Below, one piece after another: positions 20,549-31,447 of a stretch of 64,000 bases of DNA. Source of the DNA: an uncultured Gemmatimonadaceae bacterium (lineage in GTDB: Bacteria > Gemmatimonadota > Gemmatimonadetes > Gemmatimonadales > Gemmatimonadaceae); assembly GCA_963716745.1 (NCBI GenBank), contig OY970320.1:1312001-1376000 (forward strand), in the 5' to 3' direction. The notes beneath the pieces are model-generated. The model was not told the DNA's origin. It saw nothing but the letters and a program-made list of their open reading frames with translations, and did not search any database. Positions within the stretch are counted from its first letter, which is position 1. Each line of letters opens with the position of its first letter. A program made the position numbers and the translations under genes.

Positions 20549-20845
20549 ATGCAGCAGCGGATCCGGCGGTTCGATGTGATGTCAGTGGCCATGACGATGG
20601 GAGCGCTCTACTTCTTCCTGGGCATCATCATCGCGATCTGCGCGTGGCTCTTCCTGGGCGCGATCAGAGGGATGATGGGCAACATGAGCGGCGCCTCGGG
20701 CGGAGGCATGATGGGCGGGGCGATGGGCATCATCATCGCGCCCATCCTGTACGGCATCATCGGCGTCGTGTTCGGCGCGATCGCGGCGTTCTTCTACAAC
20801 ATCGTCGCCGGCTGGACCGGCGGCGTCGGGATGGAGTTGGAGTAA
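20549..20845 (+). CDS. DUF3566-like small membrane protein
   Basis: AGGAGG RBS; IRRFDVMSVA...FYNIVAGWTGGVGMELE. Confidence 0.75.
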   Translation: MQQRIRRFDVMSVAMTMGALYFFLGIIIAICAWLFLGAIRGMMGNMSGASGGGMMGGAMGIIIAPILYGIIGVVFGAIAAFFYNIVAGWTGGVGMELE

Positions 20846-20867
20846 TCCTCCAAAGGCCGCCGACCCG

Positions 20868-23523
20868 TTACTCGTTCCTCAGCGCCACCAGAGGATCGAT
20901 GCGGGTCGCGCGGCGCGCCGGCAGATAGCTCGCGCACAGCGCGACGACGATCAGTCCCACGCTCACCGCGCCGAACGTCAGCGGATCCGTCGCGCCGACT
21001 CCGTACAACATCGATCCGATCGCCCCCGTGAGCGCGAGTGCGCCGAGCAGTCCCGCGCCGGCGCCTACGAGCGCCACGGTGAGTCCCTGCCGCACGATCA
21101 TGCCGCGCAGCTCGCCCTGTCCCGCGCCGAGCGCCATGCGGATGCCGATCTCGTGCGTGCGCCGCGTGACGCCGTAGCTGATCACGCTGTAGATCCCGAT
21201 CGCCGCGAGCGCGAGCGCCACGCCGGCGAAGGTCACGAGCAGCAGGAGATTGAATCGCGCGCCGGCATTCGCGCGCGTCGACCACGTGGTCCATCGTCTG
21301 CACTTCGGACACCGGCACGTTCGCATCGATGTCGCTCACCGCGTGCCGCATCTGCCGCGTGAGCGCCGCCGCGTCGCCGTCGGTGCGCGCGACGAAGGTG
21401 AGATACGCCACCCATGAGTTCTTGCTCTCGATGAACATCTTCGTCTGGAAGAACGGCACGTAGAGTTCCGGCGCCGGCTTCGCGGTCCAATCGAGCTGCA
21501 CGGCGTTCTTCACGACGCCCACCACCGTGAGCCACGCCGCGGTATCGCGGTCGGTCGCGAGCGTGATACGCTTCCCGATCGGATCCTCACCGGGCCAGTT
21601 GAGCCGCGCGAGTGCTTCGTTCACGATCACCACGCTCGGCGCGTCCAGCCGGTCGGCCGCGGTGAAGTCGCGTCCTGTTACCAACGGCAGCGACATCGTC
21701 TTGAAATAGTCCGGCATCACCACGCGGAACGTCGCGTGCAGCGCTTCGCCCGGCTTCGGCTCCGGTTTCCCCTCGGGGCGATAGGGCAGCCCCCACATGT
21801 CGCCCGCGACCGGCAGATGATTGATCGCGCTCACCGAGCGCACGCCCGGCAACGCACTCACGCGCTGGATGATGTCATTGTAGAACGCGGTGCGCCGTCC
21901 GGCTTCTTCCTCCTTGCTGCCCGCAACGGACACCACCATCGTCGCGACTCCCTTCGGCGCCCAGCCCGAATCCACGTTCTGCAGCGCGCGGAAGCTGCGG
22001 ATCATGAGTCCCGCGCCCACGAGCAGCATGAGCGCGAGCGCGAACTCGCTGGCCACGAGCGCGCTGCGCAGTTGCGAGCGGTGTACTCCTTCGCTCGATC
22101 CGCGCGAGCCATCGCGCAGCGCGTCGTTCAGGTCGCGCATGCCGCTCTGCATCGCGGGCACGAGCGCGAAGAGCACGCTCGTCGCGATCGAGACCGCGAG
22201 CGCGAAGAGCAGAACGCGCCCATCGAGATCCACGGTACCGACTCGGGGCAAACGCTCCGGACTCTGCGCGATGAGTACGCGCACGCCGATCGCGGCCACG
22301 CCAATGCCGGCCAATCCGCCGCAGAGCGCGAGCACGGTGCTCTCGGTGAGCAACTGCCGCAGAAGGCGAACGCGCCCCGCGCCGAGTGCACTGCGCACCG
22401 CCATTTCGCGATACCGCGACGTCGCGCGCGCGAGCAGCATGTGCGCGACGTTCGCGCACGCGATGAGCAGCACGAACCCCACAGCGCCCAGCAACACTAT
22501 CAGCGTGCTTCGCACATTGCCGACCACCACTTCGGTGAGCGACCGCACGTTCACGTCGCGGTTGGTGCCCGGATATTGCTGCTCGAGCCGCCCCGTGATC
22601 GTGGTCATCTCGGCCTGCGACTGCGCGAGCGTCACGCCGTCTTTCAGCCGCGCGAAGACGCGCAGCGACTGCCAACCGCGGTTGGTCTCCTTGCCGGTGA
22701 GATCCAGCGGCACCCAAAGCTCGGTGAAGATCGCCCAGAACGGTGCGAAGTGGAAACTCTCCGGCATCACGCCCACGATCGTGTACTTGGAGCCATCGAG
22801 CGTGAGCGTGTGACCCACGGCGTCAGCGCGGCCGCCGAGCCGGCGCTGCCAGAACCCGTAACTCACCACGACTTCGTGATCCTTGCCCGGTGCGCCCGCG
22901 TCCGCTGCCAGCACGCGTCCGTGCAGCGGCGCGACGCCCAGCATTGGGAACAGGCTCGGCGTCACGTGCAGCGCCCAGACTTTCTCGGGCTGATCGGTGT
23001 CGGTGAGGTTGGGACTCCAGTACTCGGCGGCACCCATGCCGGAGAAGACGTGGTTCTGTGCCTTCCAGTCGAGATAATTCCCCGGCGCCACCGCGTTCTC
23101 AGTGCCGTGGAAGAGCACCGTGAGCTGATCCGGCTTGTCATACGCGAGCGGACGCAGCAGCACCGCGTTCACGACGCTGAACACGGCCGTGGAGGCGCCA
23201 ATGCCGAGCGCCAGCGTGAAGATCGCGGCGAACGTGAAGCCCGGCGTGCGGCGCAGCGAACGGAGCGCGTAGCGCAGATCGCGCAGGATCGATTCCATGA
23301 GTTCTCCCGCGCGAATGTCGCGCACCTGTTCTTTCACATACTCGGCGCCGCCCACTTCGATCATCGCCGCGCGGCGCGCAGCATCGTGCGTGGCGCCCGC
23401 GCGAACTTTCTCGGCCGTGAGTAGTTCGACGTACGAGCACATCTCATCGTCGAGTTCGCGCTCGGCGCGACCACGGTGAACGAGATTCCGCCAGAAGCTC
23501 CGCAACGTGGAGTTGAGTGGCAT
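20868..23523 (-). CDS. Duplicated MacB/FtsX-type ABC permease (ADOP-like), frameshift near 21275
   Basis: DLRYALRSLRRTPGF, LLIACANVA, REMAVRSALGA; C-terminus RTHEIGIRMALGA...PARRATRIDP is in the second frame. Confidence 0.92.
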
Positions 23524-23533
23524 ATCGAGCCTT

Positions 23534-23866
23534 TCAGGTAGTGCGGAGCGCCGCGGCGATCGCGATCGAGATGCGGCCCCAATCCTCCGTCTCCTCGCGC
23601 AGCTGCCGCTGCCCCGCCTTCGTGAGCCGGTAGTACTTGGCGCGCCGCTTGTTCTCGGATTCGCCCCAGCGCGCCGCGAGCCAGCCGGCCTCTTCCATGC
23701 GATGCAGCGCCGGGAAGAGCGATCCGGGCTTCACGTGGAAGGCGCCCTTGCTGATCTGCCCGATGCGGTTGGCCACGCCCAGCCCGTGCATCTCGCCCAG
23801 CACCAGGGTGCGGAGGATGAGCAGGTCGAGCGTGCCTTGGAGGAGTTTCGTGTTCGACGGGGCCAT
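23534..23866 (-). CDS. PadR family transcriptional regulator
   Basis: LLQGTLDLLILRTL, GSLFPALHRME, RRAKYYRLTKAG. Confidence 0.93.
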   Translation of the reverse strand: MAPSNTKLLQGTLDLLILRTLVLGEMHGLGVANRIGQISKGAFHVKPGSLFPALHRMEEAGWLAARWGESENKRRAKYYRLTKAGQRQLREETEDWGRISIAIAAALRTT

Positions 23867-23875
23867 GTCGGTCCT

Positions 23876-23929
23876 CATATAGAGCGTCTATATGACATGT
23901 TAACTGCCCCCATATAGACTGTCAATAGG
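23876..23929 (-). promoter_or_regulatory. Sigma70-type promoter with two palindromic operators upstream of padR
   Basis: Minus-strand TTGACA(23925-23920)-N17-TAACAT(23902-23897); inverted repeats CATATAGAgcgTCTATATG (23876-23894) and CATATAGACtGTCAATAGG (23911-23929). Confidence 0.8.
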
Positions 23930-24011
23930 AGCAGCTAAGGGGTAGACACCGGGAACACCGGGATGGTTGCTGGCGGCTTGCGTGCCTCTTAGCGGTTAGG
24001 CAGACTCCGGA

Positions 24012-24528
24012 ATGCCCGACCTCATCCGCTCCTTCGAGTCCCTCTTCCACCAGTGCAAGTCGTCCGCCGAGAAGGCGCTCGACCAGTTGACCGACGATCA
24101 GCTCAACTCCCGCACCGCCGTCGGCAATTCGGTGGCTACGATCTGCTGGCACATCGCGGGCAACCTCGAGAGCCGCTTCACCGACTTCCTCACCAGCGAC
24201 GGCGAGAAACCCGGCCGCGACCGCGAGAGCGAGTTCGCCGAGCGCCGCGTCACGCGCGCGGAACTCAACGTGAAATGGGAGCACGCCTGGAAGACGCTCT
24301 TCGATTCCCTCGCCGGTCTCACCGATGCCCAGCGCCAGACGATGGTCACGATCCGCTCCGAGCCCTTCACCGTCGAAGGCGCGCTCCTTCGCGCGCTCGG
24401 CGCACGTGAGCCTGCACGTCGGCCAGATCATCGACCGCGCCCACATGCTCCGCGGCAACGACTGGAAATGGATCACGATCCCGCCGGGCCAGTCGGACGC
24501 CGTGAACGCCAAACTCATGAAGAAGTAG
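24012..24528 (+). CDS. DUF1572/DinB-like protein (frameshift near 24399)
   Basis: NSVATICWHIAGNLESRFTDFLTSDGEKPGRDRESEF; AHVSLHVGQI...WKWITIPPGQS continues in the shifted frame. Confidence 0.88.
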
Positions 24529-25073
24529 TGCCCCGCTACGCCGCCTTCCTGCGCGGAGTGAACATCAGCGGCCGCGTCGTGAAGATGGACGCGCTGCGCA
24601 AACACCTCGAGAAGCTCGGCCTCTCCGATGTCGAGACGGTCATCGCCAGTGGCAACGTGCTCTTCTCCTCCGCCAGCAAGAACGCCGTCGCACTCGAGAA
24701 GAAGATCCATCTTGGCCTTCACAAAGCGCTCGGCTATCCCGTCGCGATCTACGTGCGCACCGACGCCCAGATCGCCGCGCTGGCGGGGCACCGTCCCTTC
24801 GGCGACGCCAAGCACAAGGCGGCGAAAGTATTTCTCGTGGGATTCATCGCCGAGCCCCTGAGCAAGGACGCCGCACGCACGCTGCTCTCGCTCGCCGAAG
24901 GCACCGAGGAGCATCTGCACACGAAAGGCAGTGAGATCTTCTGGCTCTCCAAGAACGGCCAGAGCGTCTCCCCGCTCTTCCGCGTGCCCATCGAGAAGCG
25001 CATCGGCACGCTGATCACGTGGCGCAACATGAACACGGTCGAGCGCATCCACGCCAAATTCTCGGCACGCTGA
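24528..25073 (+). CDS. DUF1697 family protein
   Basis: YAAFLRGVNISG, IASGNVLF, TWRNMNTV; GTG overlaps the upstream TAG. Confidence 0.88.
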   Translation: MPRYAAFLRGVNISGRVVKMDALRKHLEKLGLSDVETVIASGNVLFSSASKNAVALEKKIHLGLHKALGYPVAIYVRTDAQIAALAGHRPFGDAKHKAAKVFLVGFIAEPLSKDAARTLLSLAEGTEEHLHTKGSEIFWLSKNGQSVSPLFRVPIEKRIGTLITWRNMNTVERIHAKFSAR

Positions 25074-25130
25074 GCGACACTCGCGGCTCGCGCGCGCCGT
25101 AGGGATGCATGTCACTCCAACGGATTCGCT

Positions 25131-25451
25131 ATGAATGAGGACATGATGGGATTGCTCATCGGGCTCGTGAGCGTGCTCTTCGCCGTGGGCGTCGTGGGCG
25201 CGGGGCTCGCGGGCGCATACTTCGTCGGCCGCGAACGCGGGCGCCGTGCCGCGCTCGATCAGGCCGCGCTGGCCGGCGGCGCCACTGATATGCTCGCGCG
25301 CACCGAGAAGGCGCTCGAGGCGATGTCGCTCGAGGTCGAACGCATCGGCGAAGCGCAGCGCTACTCCGCGCGCCTGCTGGCCGACGCCGCCATCAAACTC
25401 AAGGCCGACCCCGCCGCGCCGCGCAACGTCACCCCCACCACGCCCACCTAG
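25131..25451 (+). CDS. Hypothetical protein, N-terminal TM plus coiled coil
   Basis: TM helix followed by LEAMSLEVERIGEAQRY. Confidence 0.7.
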   Translation: MNEDMMGLLIGLVSVLFAVGVVGAGLAGAYFVGRERGRRAALDQAALAGGATDMLARTEKALEAMSLEVERIGEAQRYSARLLADAAIKLKADPAAPRNVTPTTPT

Positions 25452-25513
25452 CGGCGGGCGCGCACTCGGCGACAACTTGTTGGCCGTTCGTCTTCAAATG
25501 AGGATGGCTATCC

Positions 25514-25969
25514 GTGCGCTCCGCTCCCCTGATCCTTGTCGTTGCGGCGATCGCGTGCCGAGTCGAATCGAGTGGCATTCCGAATGACAAAGGCGCCGAC
25601 GCCGGCGCGCGCGCCGCGCAGGCGCGCTATGCGTCGCTGCTGAACGGCTCGCCGCCGAATGCCGATTCCGTTTCGCAGATGTTCGCGCCCACCGGGGAAT
25701 TGCTCCCGAACGGCCGCGACGCGATCAAGGGTCCGGCCGCGATGAAGGAATTCCTGAGTTCGTTCGGCAAGGTGACCGTCGACTCCGAGGCGATGCCCGT
25801 CACCTCGAGCGTCGTCGCCGGCGATCACGTGGTGCTCTGGGGCACGTACTACCAGAAAGCCACCATGCCCGACGGAAAGGTTTTCCGCCCGAAAGGCCGC
25901 TACGTGATCGAGTGGGTGCGCGACAGCATGGGCACGTGGCAGATCCAGCGGGCCATGACGCAGCCTTGA
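25514..25969 (+). CDS. NTF2-like/DUF4440 lipoprotein
   Basis: Lipobox-like AIAC; KGRYVIEWVRDSMGTWQI is a SnoaL-type C-terminus. Confidence 0.7.
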   Translation: MRSAPLILVVAAIACRVESSGIPNDKGADAGARAAQARYASLLNGSPPNADSVSQMFAPTGELLPNGRDAIKGPAAMKEFLSSFGKVTVDSEAMPVTSSVVAGDHVVLWGTYYQKATMPDGKVFRPKGRYVIEWVRDSMGTWQIQRAMTQP

Positions 25970-26352
25970 GCATCGACGATCTCTACACAGCGTGGCGCGA
26001 CGCGTTCAAGCGCGGCAATGTCGAAGCGATCATCGAGCTGGTCACCCCCGATTACGTCTTGTGGGCCCCCGGACAGGCGCCAATAGTCGGCCGAGATTCT
26101 TTGCGCCAAATGCTCGCGCCGGCGCTCTCGACATACGATATTTCTCCATCGTTCGAACGAACGGAATCACTCGTAGCGGGAGATCTTGCCGTGGATTTCG
26201 GATGGGACGTTCAGACCGTGACCCCGCGCGCGGGTGGTGAAGCGCGCACCGCGCGCCAGCGCGTCGTGCTCGTAATGCGCCGCCAGCCCGACGGCCGGTG
26301 GCTCTTCGCGCGCGGCATGAGTCAGCCTGGACCGGTGGCGACGAATGGGTGA
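25966..26352 (+). CDS. NTF2-like/DUF4440 protein
   Basis: TTGA overlap; GQAPIVGR, VMRRQPDGRWLFAR. Confidence 0.75.
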   Translation: MSIDDLYTAWRDAFKRGNVEAIIELVTPDYVLWAPGQAPIVGRDSLRQMLAPALSTYDISPSFERTESLVAGDLAVDFGWDVQTVTPRAGGEARTARQRVVLVMRRQPDGRWLFARGMSQPGPVATNG

Positions 26353-26353
26353 C

Positions 26354-26557
26354 ATGGACACGAGCACCTGGGGGATCATCTTCGGCGCGATCGTCGCGAT
26401 CATCGTTGTCGGCATCGTGCTGGACCACCTTCGCGAGAAGCGCGACCTCAAGCAGCATCTCAAGCGCATCGACGAGCGCAAGGAAGCGTACGAGCGCTTC
26501 AAGCAGAAGAAGCGCTCGTCGCAAGAGACGCACGTCGAGCGGACGCAGAAGAAGTAG
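26354..26557 (+). CDS. Small single-TM protein with basic tail
   Basis: WGIIFGAIVAIIVVGIVL then Lys/Arg-rich; host codon usage. Confidence 0.6.
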   Translation: MDTSTWGIIFGAIVAIIVVGIVLDHLREKRDLKQHLKRIDERKEAYERFKQKKRSSQETHVERTQKK

Positions 26558-26566
26558 GTCCGCGCC

Positions 26567-27214
26567 TTGGCTCTCGACATTCACGTTCAGGGCAGCGAGG
26601 CGCCCAGGCGAGATTTCGACTACTACCTAGGCCCGCCGATCATCGGCGCGGCCACCCTATTCATGCTCACTAGTCTCCGGGTGCTGATCGCGCTCCCGGC
26701 GATCATAGGCGGCAAGCTCCCATGGACCGCCGCGGCGCTTGCTCTTGCCACGGCGACGCTCGCTGGATTCTGTGGGGGCGTGGTGTATGTGCTGCTCGGG
26801 CGTTCGGTGAAGCAGATCCCCTACATCGGTCCATACCTCGCTGGCATAATCACGATCGGCGCGTATATGGGCGCGATCGCGCTCGCGGCGCCGTACGCGT
26901 TCGGAGAGCAGATCATTCACGACCGCGGCGACGTGCTCGCGCTGATAGGCCTCAGCGTGTTCATGGGCCTGGTCGGCGGCTACGCGTGGTCCCGCGTTTC
27001 GTCACCTGCGGCGCGCGCTGCGGACGAGGAAGTCGACCGGCGCTTGCGACCACTTGTGAACTATGGCCTGCCTATCACCGCAGGCGCATTCTTCCTCCTT
27101 CTCCGCTCGAACGTCGGCTCCCCGCAGTTCGAACTGTTCGCGGTCGGCATCGTCTTGGCGCTTGTCGTCGCGTGGATCCTGCTTCGGCGAACTACTCCGA
27201 CCTCAGCGTCATAG
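26567..27214 (+). CDS. Hypothetical polytopic membrane protein
   Basis: About six hydrophobic segments; start uncertain. Confidence 0.6.
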   Translation: MALDIHVQGSEAPRRDFDYYLGPPIIGAATLFMLTSLRVLIALPAIIGGKLPWTAAALALATATLAGFCGGVVYVLLGRSVKQIPYIGPYLAGIITIGAYMGAIALAAPYAFGEQIIHDRGDVLALIGLSVFMGLVGGYAWSRVSSPAARAADEEVDRRLRPLVNYGLPITAGAFFLLLRSNVGSPQFELFAVGIVLALVVAWILLRRTTPTSAS

Positions 27215-29851
27215 CCGGATCCACTCGCGCCGCGCGCCAGGCAGGGATCAAGCACGCGAGCAGCGCGACGCCGCCGAGCAGTAGTGACACGATCACGTAC
27301 GTCCCCGGATCGCTCTGCGAGACGCCGAACAGCATTCCCGCGATCACGCGCACGAACGCCAGCGTGAGCGCCACGCCCGCGATCACGCCGGCGCCCGTGA
27401 GGCCCATCCCCTGCCGCAGGATCATCCGCACGAGATCACCGCGCGACGCGCCCAGCGCCGCGCGTACGCCGATCTCGCGCAGCCGCTCGGTCACGACCCC
27501 CGCCAGCACGCCGTAGATCCCCGCCGCCGCGAGAATGAGCGCCACGAGAGCGAATGCCTCGAACAGCACGAGCGCGAACTTGCGCGCCGCCTCGGACGTC
27601 GCGATCAGCTTCTCCATGGTCGACACGCGCATGATCGGCTGATCCTTGTCCACGCTCCAGATCGCCGTGCGCACTACCCCCGCCATTCCTGCCGCATCAC
27701 GGCCTTTCGACACGCGTACGACCAACGACTGATTCCCGTCAGCATACGGCCATTGCCTCTCCGCCACGTAGAACGCGTCCGGCTCCTCCGCCGCGAGCGA
27801 CACCTGCCGCACCGAGCCCACGTCCCCACCACGGTGTACCACGGCCCTTCGGTCGCGCTGCCCATGCGCACGCGCTGGCCCAACGCTTCCTCGTTGGGCC
27901 ATGACTTCTTCGCGAACGCTTCATTGACGATCACTTCCATCGGCGTCTGCATCGACGCGTGCGGATCCAGCCCGCGACCGCGCACGATCGGGATCTTCAT
28001 CGCCTCGAGATACCCGTCGGTCACCGCGTACCGGTGCGCGCTCTCATCCTCCTCCGGATTCGCTCTCGGATGCGCCTCGATGTGCACGCCGTACTTGTCC
28101 ATGTCGCCGCTCAGCGGCAGCTGCGTCGTGAACGCCGCCGCTTCCACGCCGGGCACGGCGCGCACCGCCACGAGCACGCGGTCGAAATAGTCGCGTGTGA
28201 CAGTATCGTTGTTGAATTGCGTGCCCACGGTCTGGACCGTCATCGTCAGCATGTTGCTCGGGTCGAAGCCCGGCGGCACCGCGAGCAGACGGCTCACGCT
28301 CTGCAGCAGCAGCGCCGTGCCCGTGAGCAGCATGAGCGCGAGCGCCACTTCGCTCACCACCAGCGCGCCGCGCACGCGATGACTCGTGCCGCCCGCGCGC
28401 CGCGTGCCCGCCTTGATGCTTCCATGCAGATCTCCGCGCGCCGCGTGCAGCGCCGGCACCATGCCGAACGCGATGCCCACCGCGGTCGTGAGCGCGAATG
28501 CGAACAGCAGCGTGCTGCCGCTCACCTCGATCTGCGCCAGCCTCGGCAGCCCCGGCGGACTCAGCGCCACCAGCGCTTTCACGCCGAGTTCGGCGACGAC
28601 CACGCCGAGCGCGCCGCCGAGCAATGCGAGCGTCACGCTCTCGGTGAGCAGCTGACGCACCACGCGCCACCGGCTCGCGCCGAGCGCCGCGCGCATGGCG
28701 AACTCGCCCTTCCGCTGCGCGCCGCGCGCGAGCAGGAGATTCATGACGTTCGCGCACGCGATGAGCAGCACGAGCGCCACCGCGCCCATCACCGCGAGCA
28801 GAATGGGCCGCACGTCGCCCGTGACCAGCTCGCGCATCGGGATCAGGAGCATTCCCGCCTTCGCGTACTCCTTGGGATGATCGCGCACCAATCCCGCGGA
28901 GATCGTGTTCACGTCGGCGAGCGCGGCGCGTTCGCTCACGCCGGTCTTGATGCGCGCTACAGCTCTGAGGTGATGGCATGTACGGCACGCCCACGGCAGC
29001 GACGCGTTGTACTGCATCGGCCCCCAGAGTTTGGCGGCGGGCTGGAGGATGCTCTCGAAACCGGCGGGCATGACGCCGATGACCGTGTACTGGTATCCGT
29101 TGAACGACACTTGCTTGCCGATGATCTGCGAATCGCCGCCGAATCGCTGACGCCAGAGCGGGTCGCTCAGGATCGCGACGCGCGGGCCGTTCGGCACATC
29201 CTCTTCCGGCAGGAAATCGCGGCCGAGCGCGGGGCGCACGCCGAGGACTTTGAAGAAGTCGTGACTCACGCGCTGTCCGGCGAACTGTTCGGGCTCGCCG
29301 CGCCCGGTGAGCGTCGCGCTCCAGTCTTTGTAGACGGCGATCGCGTCGAATGAATGGTTCTGATTCGACACGTCGTCGAACGTCATCCAGCCGACGTTGT
29401 CCTTGGTCGCCGGCACCGTGCCTTCCCACACCGTGACGATGCGCTCGGCGTGCGGGTACGGGAGCGCCGCGAGGAGAATGGGATTGATCGCGCTGAAGAT
29501 CGCGGTGGTGGCGCCGATGCCGATCGCGAGCGTGACCGCGGCGAGCGTCGTGAAGCCGGGGCGGCGGATCAGGAGACGCGCCGCGAATTGGAAATCGCCG
29601 AGCAGCGACTCGAACAGCGAAGGCCGACTGTCGGCTGTCGGCTGTCGCCGGCGGGAGCGGAATCCGAGTTTCATCGTGGCCACCAGGGTTTCGCGCCAAT
29701 ACCAACGGTTGGCGCTGGCTGCGTTCTGCGTGAATTGGAGGTGTTCGGCGAACGATTCCTCGAGGTCGCCGAGTATCGACTCGGCGAGTTCGGGCGGCAG
29801 CGCCCATTCGAGCAGGCGCACCGCGCGCTGCGGGGGACGCGGGGTGTTCAT
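27192..29851 (-). CDS. Duplicated MacB/FtsX-type ABC permease (ADOP-like), frameshift near 27822
   Basis: LAIGIGATTAIFS, LLIACANVMNLLLAR; REIGVRAALGA...PAWRAARVDP in the second frame. Confidence 0.92.
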
Positions 29852-30174
29852 GGCAGCTCGAGCGCGGCGCCGAGCCCGGCGGACATCGTGCGGAGGGCTT
29901 TGAGACTGGCCTTCACCGCTTCGCGGCCGGTGGTGCTGAGTGAGTAGTAGGTCTTGCGGCGGCCTCCGCGCTCGGCGGTGGCTTCGCCCATTCGGGTAGT
30001 GACGAGGCCCTTCACTTCGAGCCGATTGAGCGTGGTGTAGATCGTGGCGAAGCTCAGCGATCTCTTCGCGCGCGCGGCGATCTCACGCTGAACGGCGACG
30101 CCGTAGGCGCGGTCGTTCAGCCTTAAGAGCGCGAGTAGGACGAGTTGTTCGAGTTCGCCGAGGCGGGGGGACAT
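29848..30174 (-). CDS. PadR family transcriptional regulator
   Basis: LGELEQLVLLALLRL, IYTTLNRLE, RGGRRKTYY. Confidence 0.92.
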   Translation of the reverse strand: MSPRLGELEQLVLLALLRLNDRAYGVAVQREIAARAKRSLSFATIYTTLNRLEVKGLVTTRMGEATAERGGRRKTYYSLSTTGREAVKASLKALRTMSAGLGAALELP

Positions 30175-30189
30175 TCGAAAGGCTCCATT

Positions 30190-30208
30190 TATTCGATGGA
30201 GTCGAATA
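30190..30208. promoter_or_regulatory. Palindromic operator upstream of the second padR
   Basis: TATTCGA-tggag-TCGAATA, 15 bp upstream of the start codon. Confidence 0.65.
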
Positions 30209-30401
30209 TATAACGTAGTATGGTCTCAACGCAACCTGCGGGACCGCGTTACTGTTTAGTGACCGTTGGAGGGTCAATTAGGGTCCATTCGGGGCCGCTG
30301 GTTATCTGTCGCTGCCGCGGGCAGCAGGAGCGGAAAATGAGATCGTTCCCCTCGCCAACTTATCCCCGACTGGCACGCCATCCATCAGCGTGCAACCACT
30401 A

Positions 30402-31310
30402 ATGCTTCCGCTGAAAGAGTTCCTCGGTCAAGCGTGGGTGGGTACAACCATCGGTATCGTCAGCATCATCGCGGCGGTGGTCGTTTCTATTTACTTCTAC
30501 CGTCGCTCAAAGGTTGCCGGGGTCCTCGCCTCGCAGAGCGATGGGGAGCAATTGCTGGCACCAAATCGCGAGAACGCACCGAGTGGTGAGATCGAAGTGC
30601 TCTTTCGCGGGACAAAAATACCGCGTCTTTCGGTAAGCGAGTTGGTGATTTGGAACGCGGGAGACACAACGATTCGGGGAGAAGACGTCGTCGAGCGCGA
30701 CCCGTTTCGAATCGAATGCGGTCACGATGCGCACGTATTGGATGTTTCAATAGTCGCGACAACTAGGCAAGTAATCGATTTTTCCGGCAGTCGAGACGAG
30801 GCGCACGTCGGACACGTGCTATGCTCCTTTGATTTTCTTGACCCCGGCGACGGCGTGCGAGTGCGAATCCTACACACGGGTGTGCACGTTCGCGCGATTG
30901 TGACAGGCACGATTCGCGGAATCAGCGAGGGGTGCCACGACCTTGGGCGAATCCCCGCTCCCGAAGACAATTTGGCCGAACTCCTCCGTCGTCGACGCAG
31001 ACGTGGTCTAAAGCCGCGCTGGATCCACCGGATCGCATCTGTGGTGGTCTGGCTGCGGCCGCTGCTTGGATGGGTCGCGATTGTAATCGGGCTGAGTACG
31101 GCAGTAGCCGGGCTCTACTGGTCCTCACTCTATGCGGCGTTTCCAATCCTTCAAGAGCCAATGCCGCGCGACGGCCCGTTCTGGACGTTCATTGTGGCCG
31201 GATTGATCTACGCCCTACTCCCGGCACTGGTTATGTGGAAACGCCGATTGCGATTCCCGCGCGCACTGCAGCGCGATCGGCAGTCCGTGGCTTCCGAACC
31301 GCCGGCCTGA
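30402..31310 (+). CDS. Hypothetical membrane protein (1 N-terminal TM, beta-rich soluble domain, 2 C-terminal TMs), atypical codon usage
   Basis: Long open frame in lower-GC DNA; hydrophobic segments WVGTTIGIVSIIAAVVVSIYFY, LLGWVAIVIGLSTAVAGLYW, FWTFIVAGLIYALLPALVMW. Confidence 0.75.
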   Translation: MLPLKEFLGQAWVGTTIGIVSIIAAVVVSIYFYRRSKVAGVLASQSDGEQLLAPNRENAPSGEIEVLFRGTKIPRLSVSELVIWNAGDTTIRGEDVVERDPFRIECGHDAHVLDVSIVATTRQVIDFSGSRDEAHVGHVLCSFDFLDPGDGVRVRILHTGVHVRAIVTGTIRGISEGCHDLGRIPAPEDNLAELLRRRRRRGLKPRWIHRIASVVVWLRPLLGWVAIVIGLSTAVAGLYWSSLYAAFPILQEPMPRDGPFWTFIVAGLIYALLPALVMWKRRLRFPRALQRDRQSVASEPPA

Positions 31311-31447
31311 GCGCGACCAGTTATCGTTGCATCGCGGATGGCGAGGTGATGCGACAGCTACCGCTCGAGCAAAGCTGGACGACGTCACTGACATGAGTCG
31401 AAGACAACAGAGTTCGTTCGCATCGGACGACTACCGGAGGGAATGTG

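Noticed and set aside
24012..25073. 353-aa ORF that looks like a DUF1572-DUF1697 fusion
   Set aside because: Artefact of a frameshift near 24399; the true DUF1572 C-terminus is in another frame and ends at TAG 24528
8151..29807. Many long antisense or alternate-frame ORFs (e.g. 8151..9800, 11627..13150, 21736..23424, 28044..29807)
   Set aside because: Shadow ORFs typical of high-GC DNA; they overlap well-supported genes and carry no motifs
31327..31356. Hairpin GTTGCATCGC/GTGATGCGAC between the islet genes as an antitoxin RNA
   Set aside because: A single 10-bp stem with G-U pairs and no repeats; too little evidence
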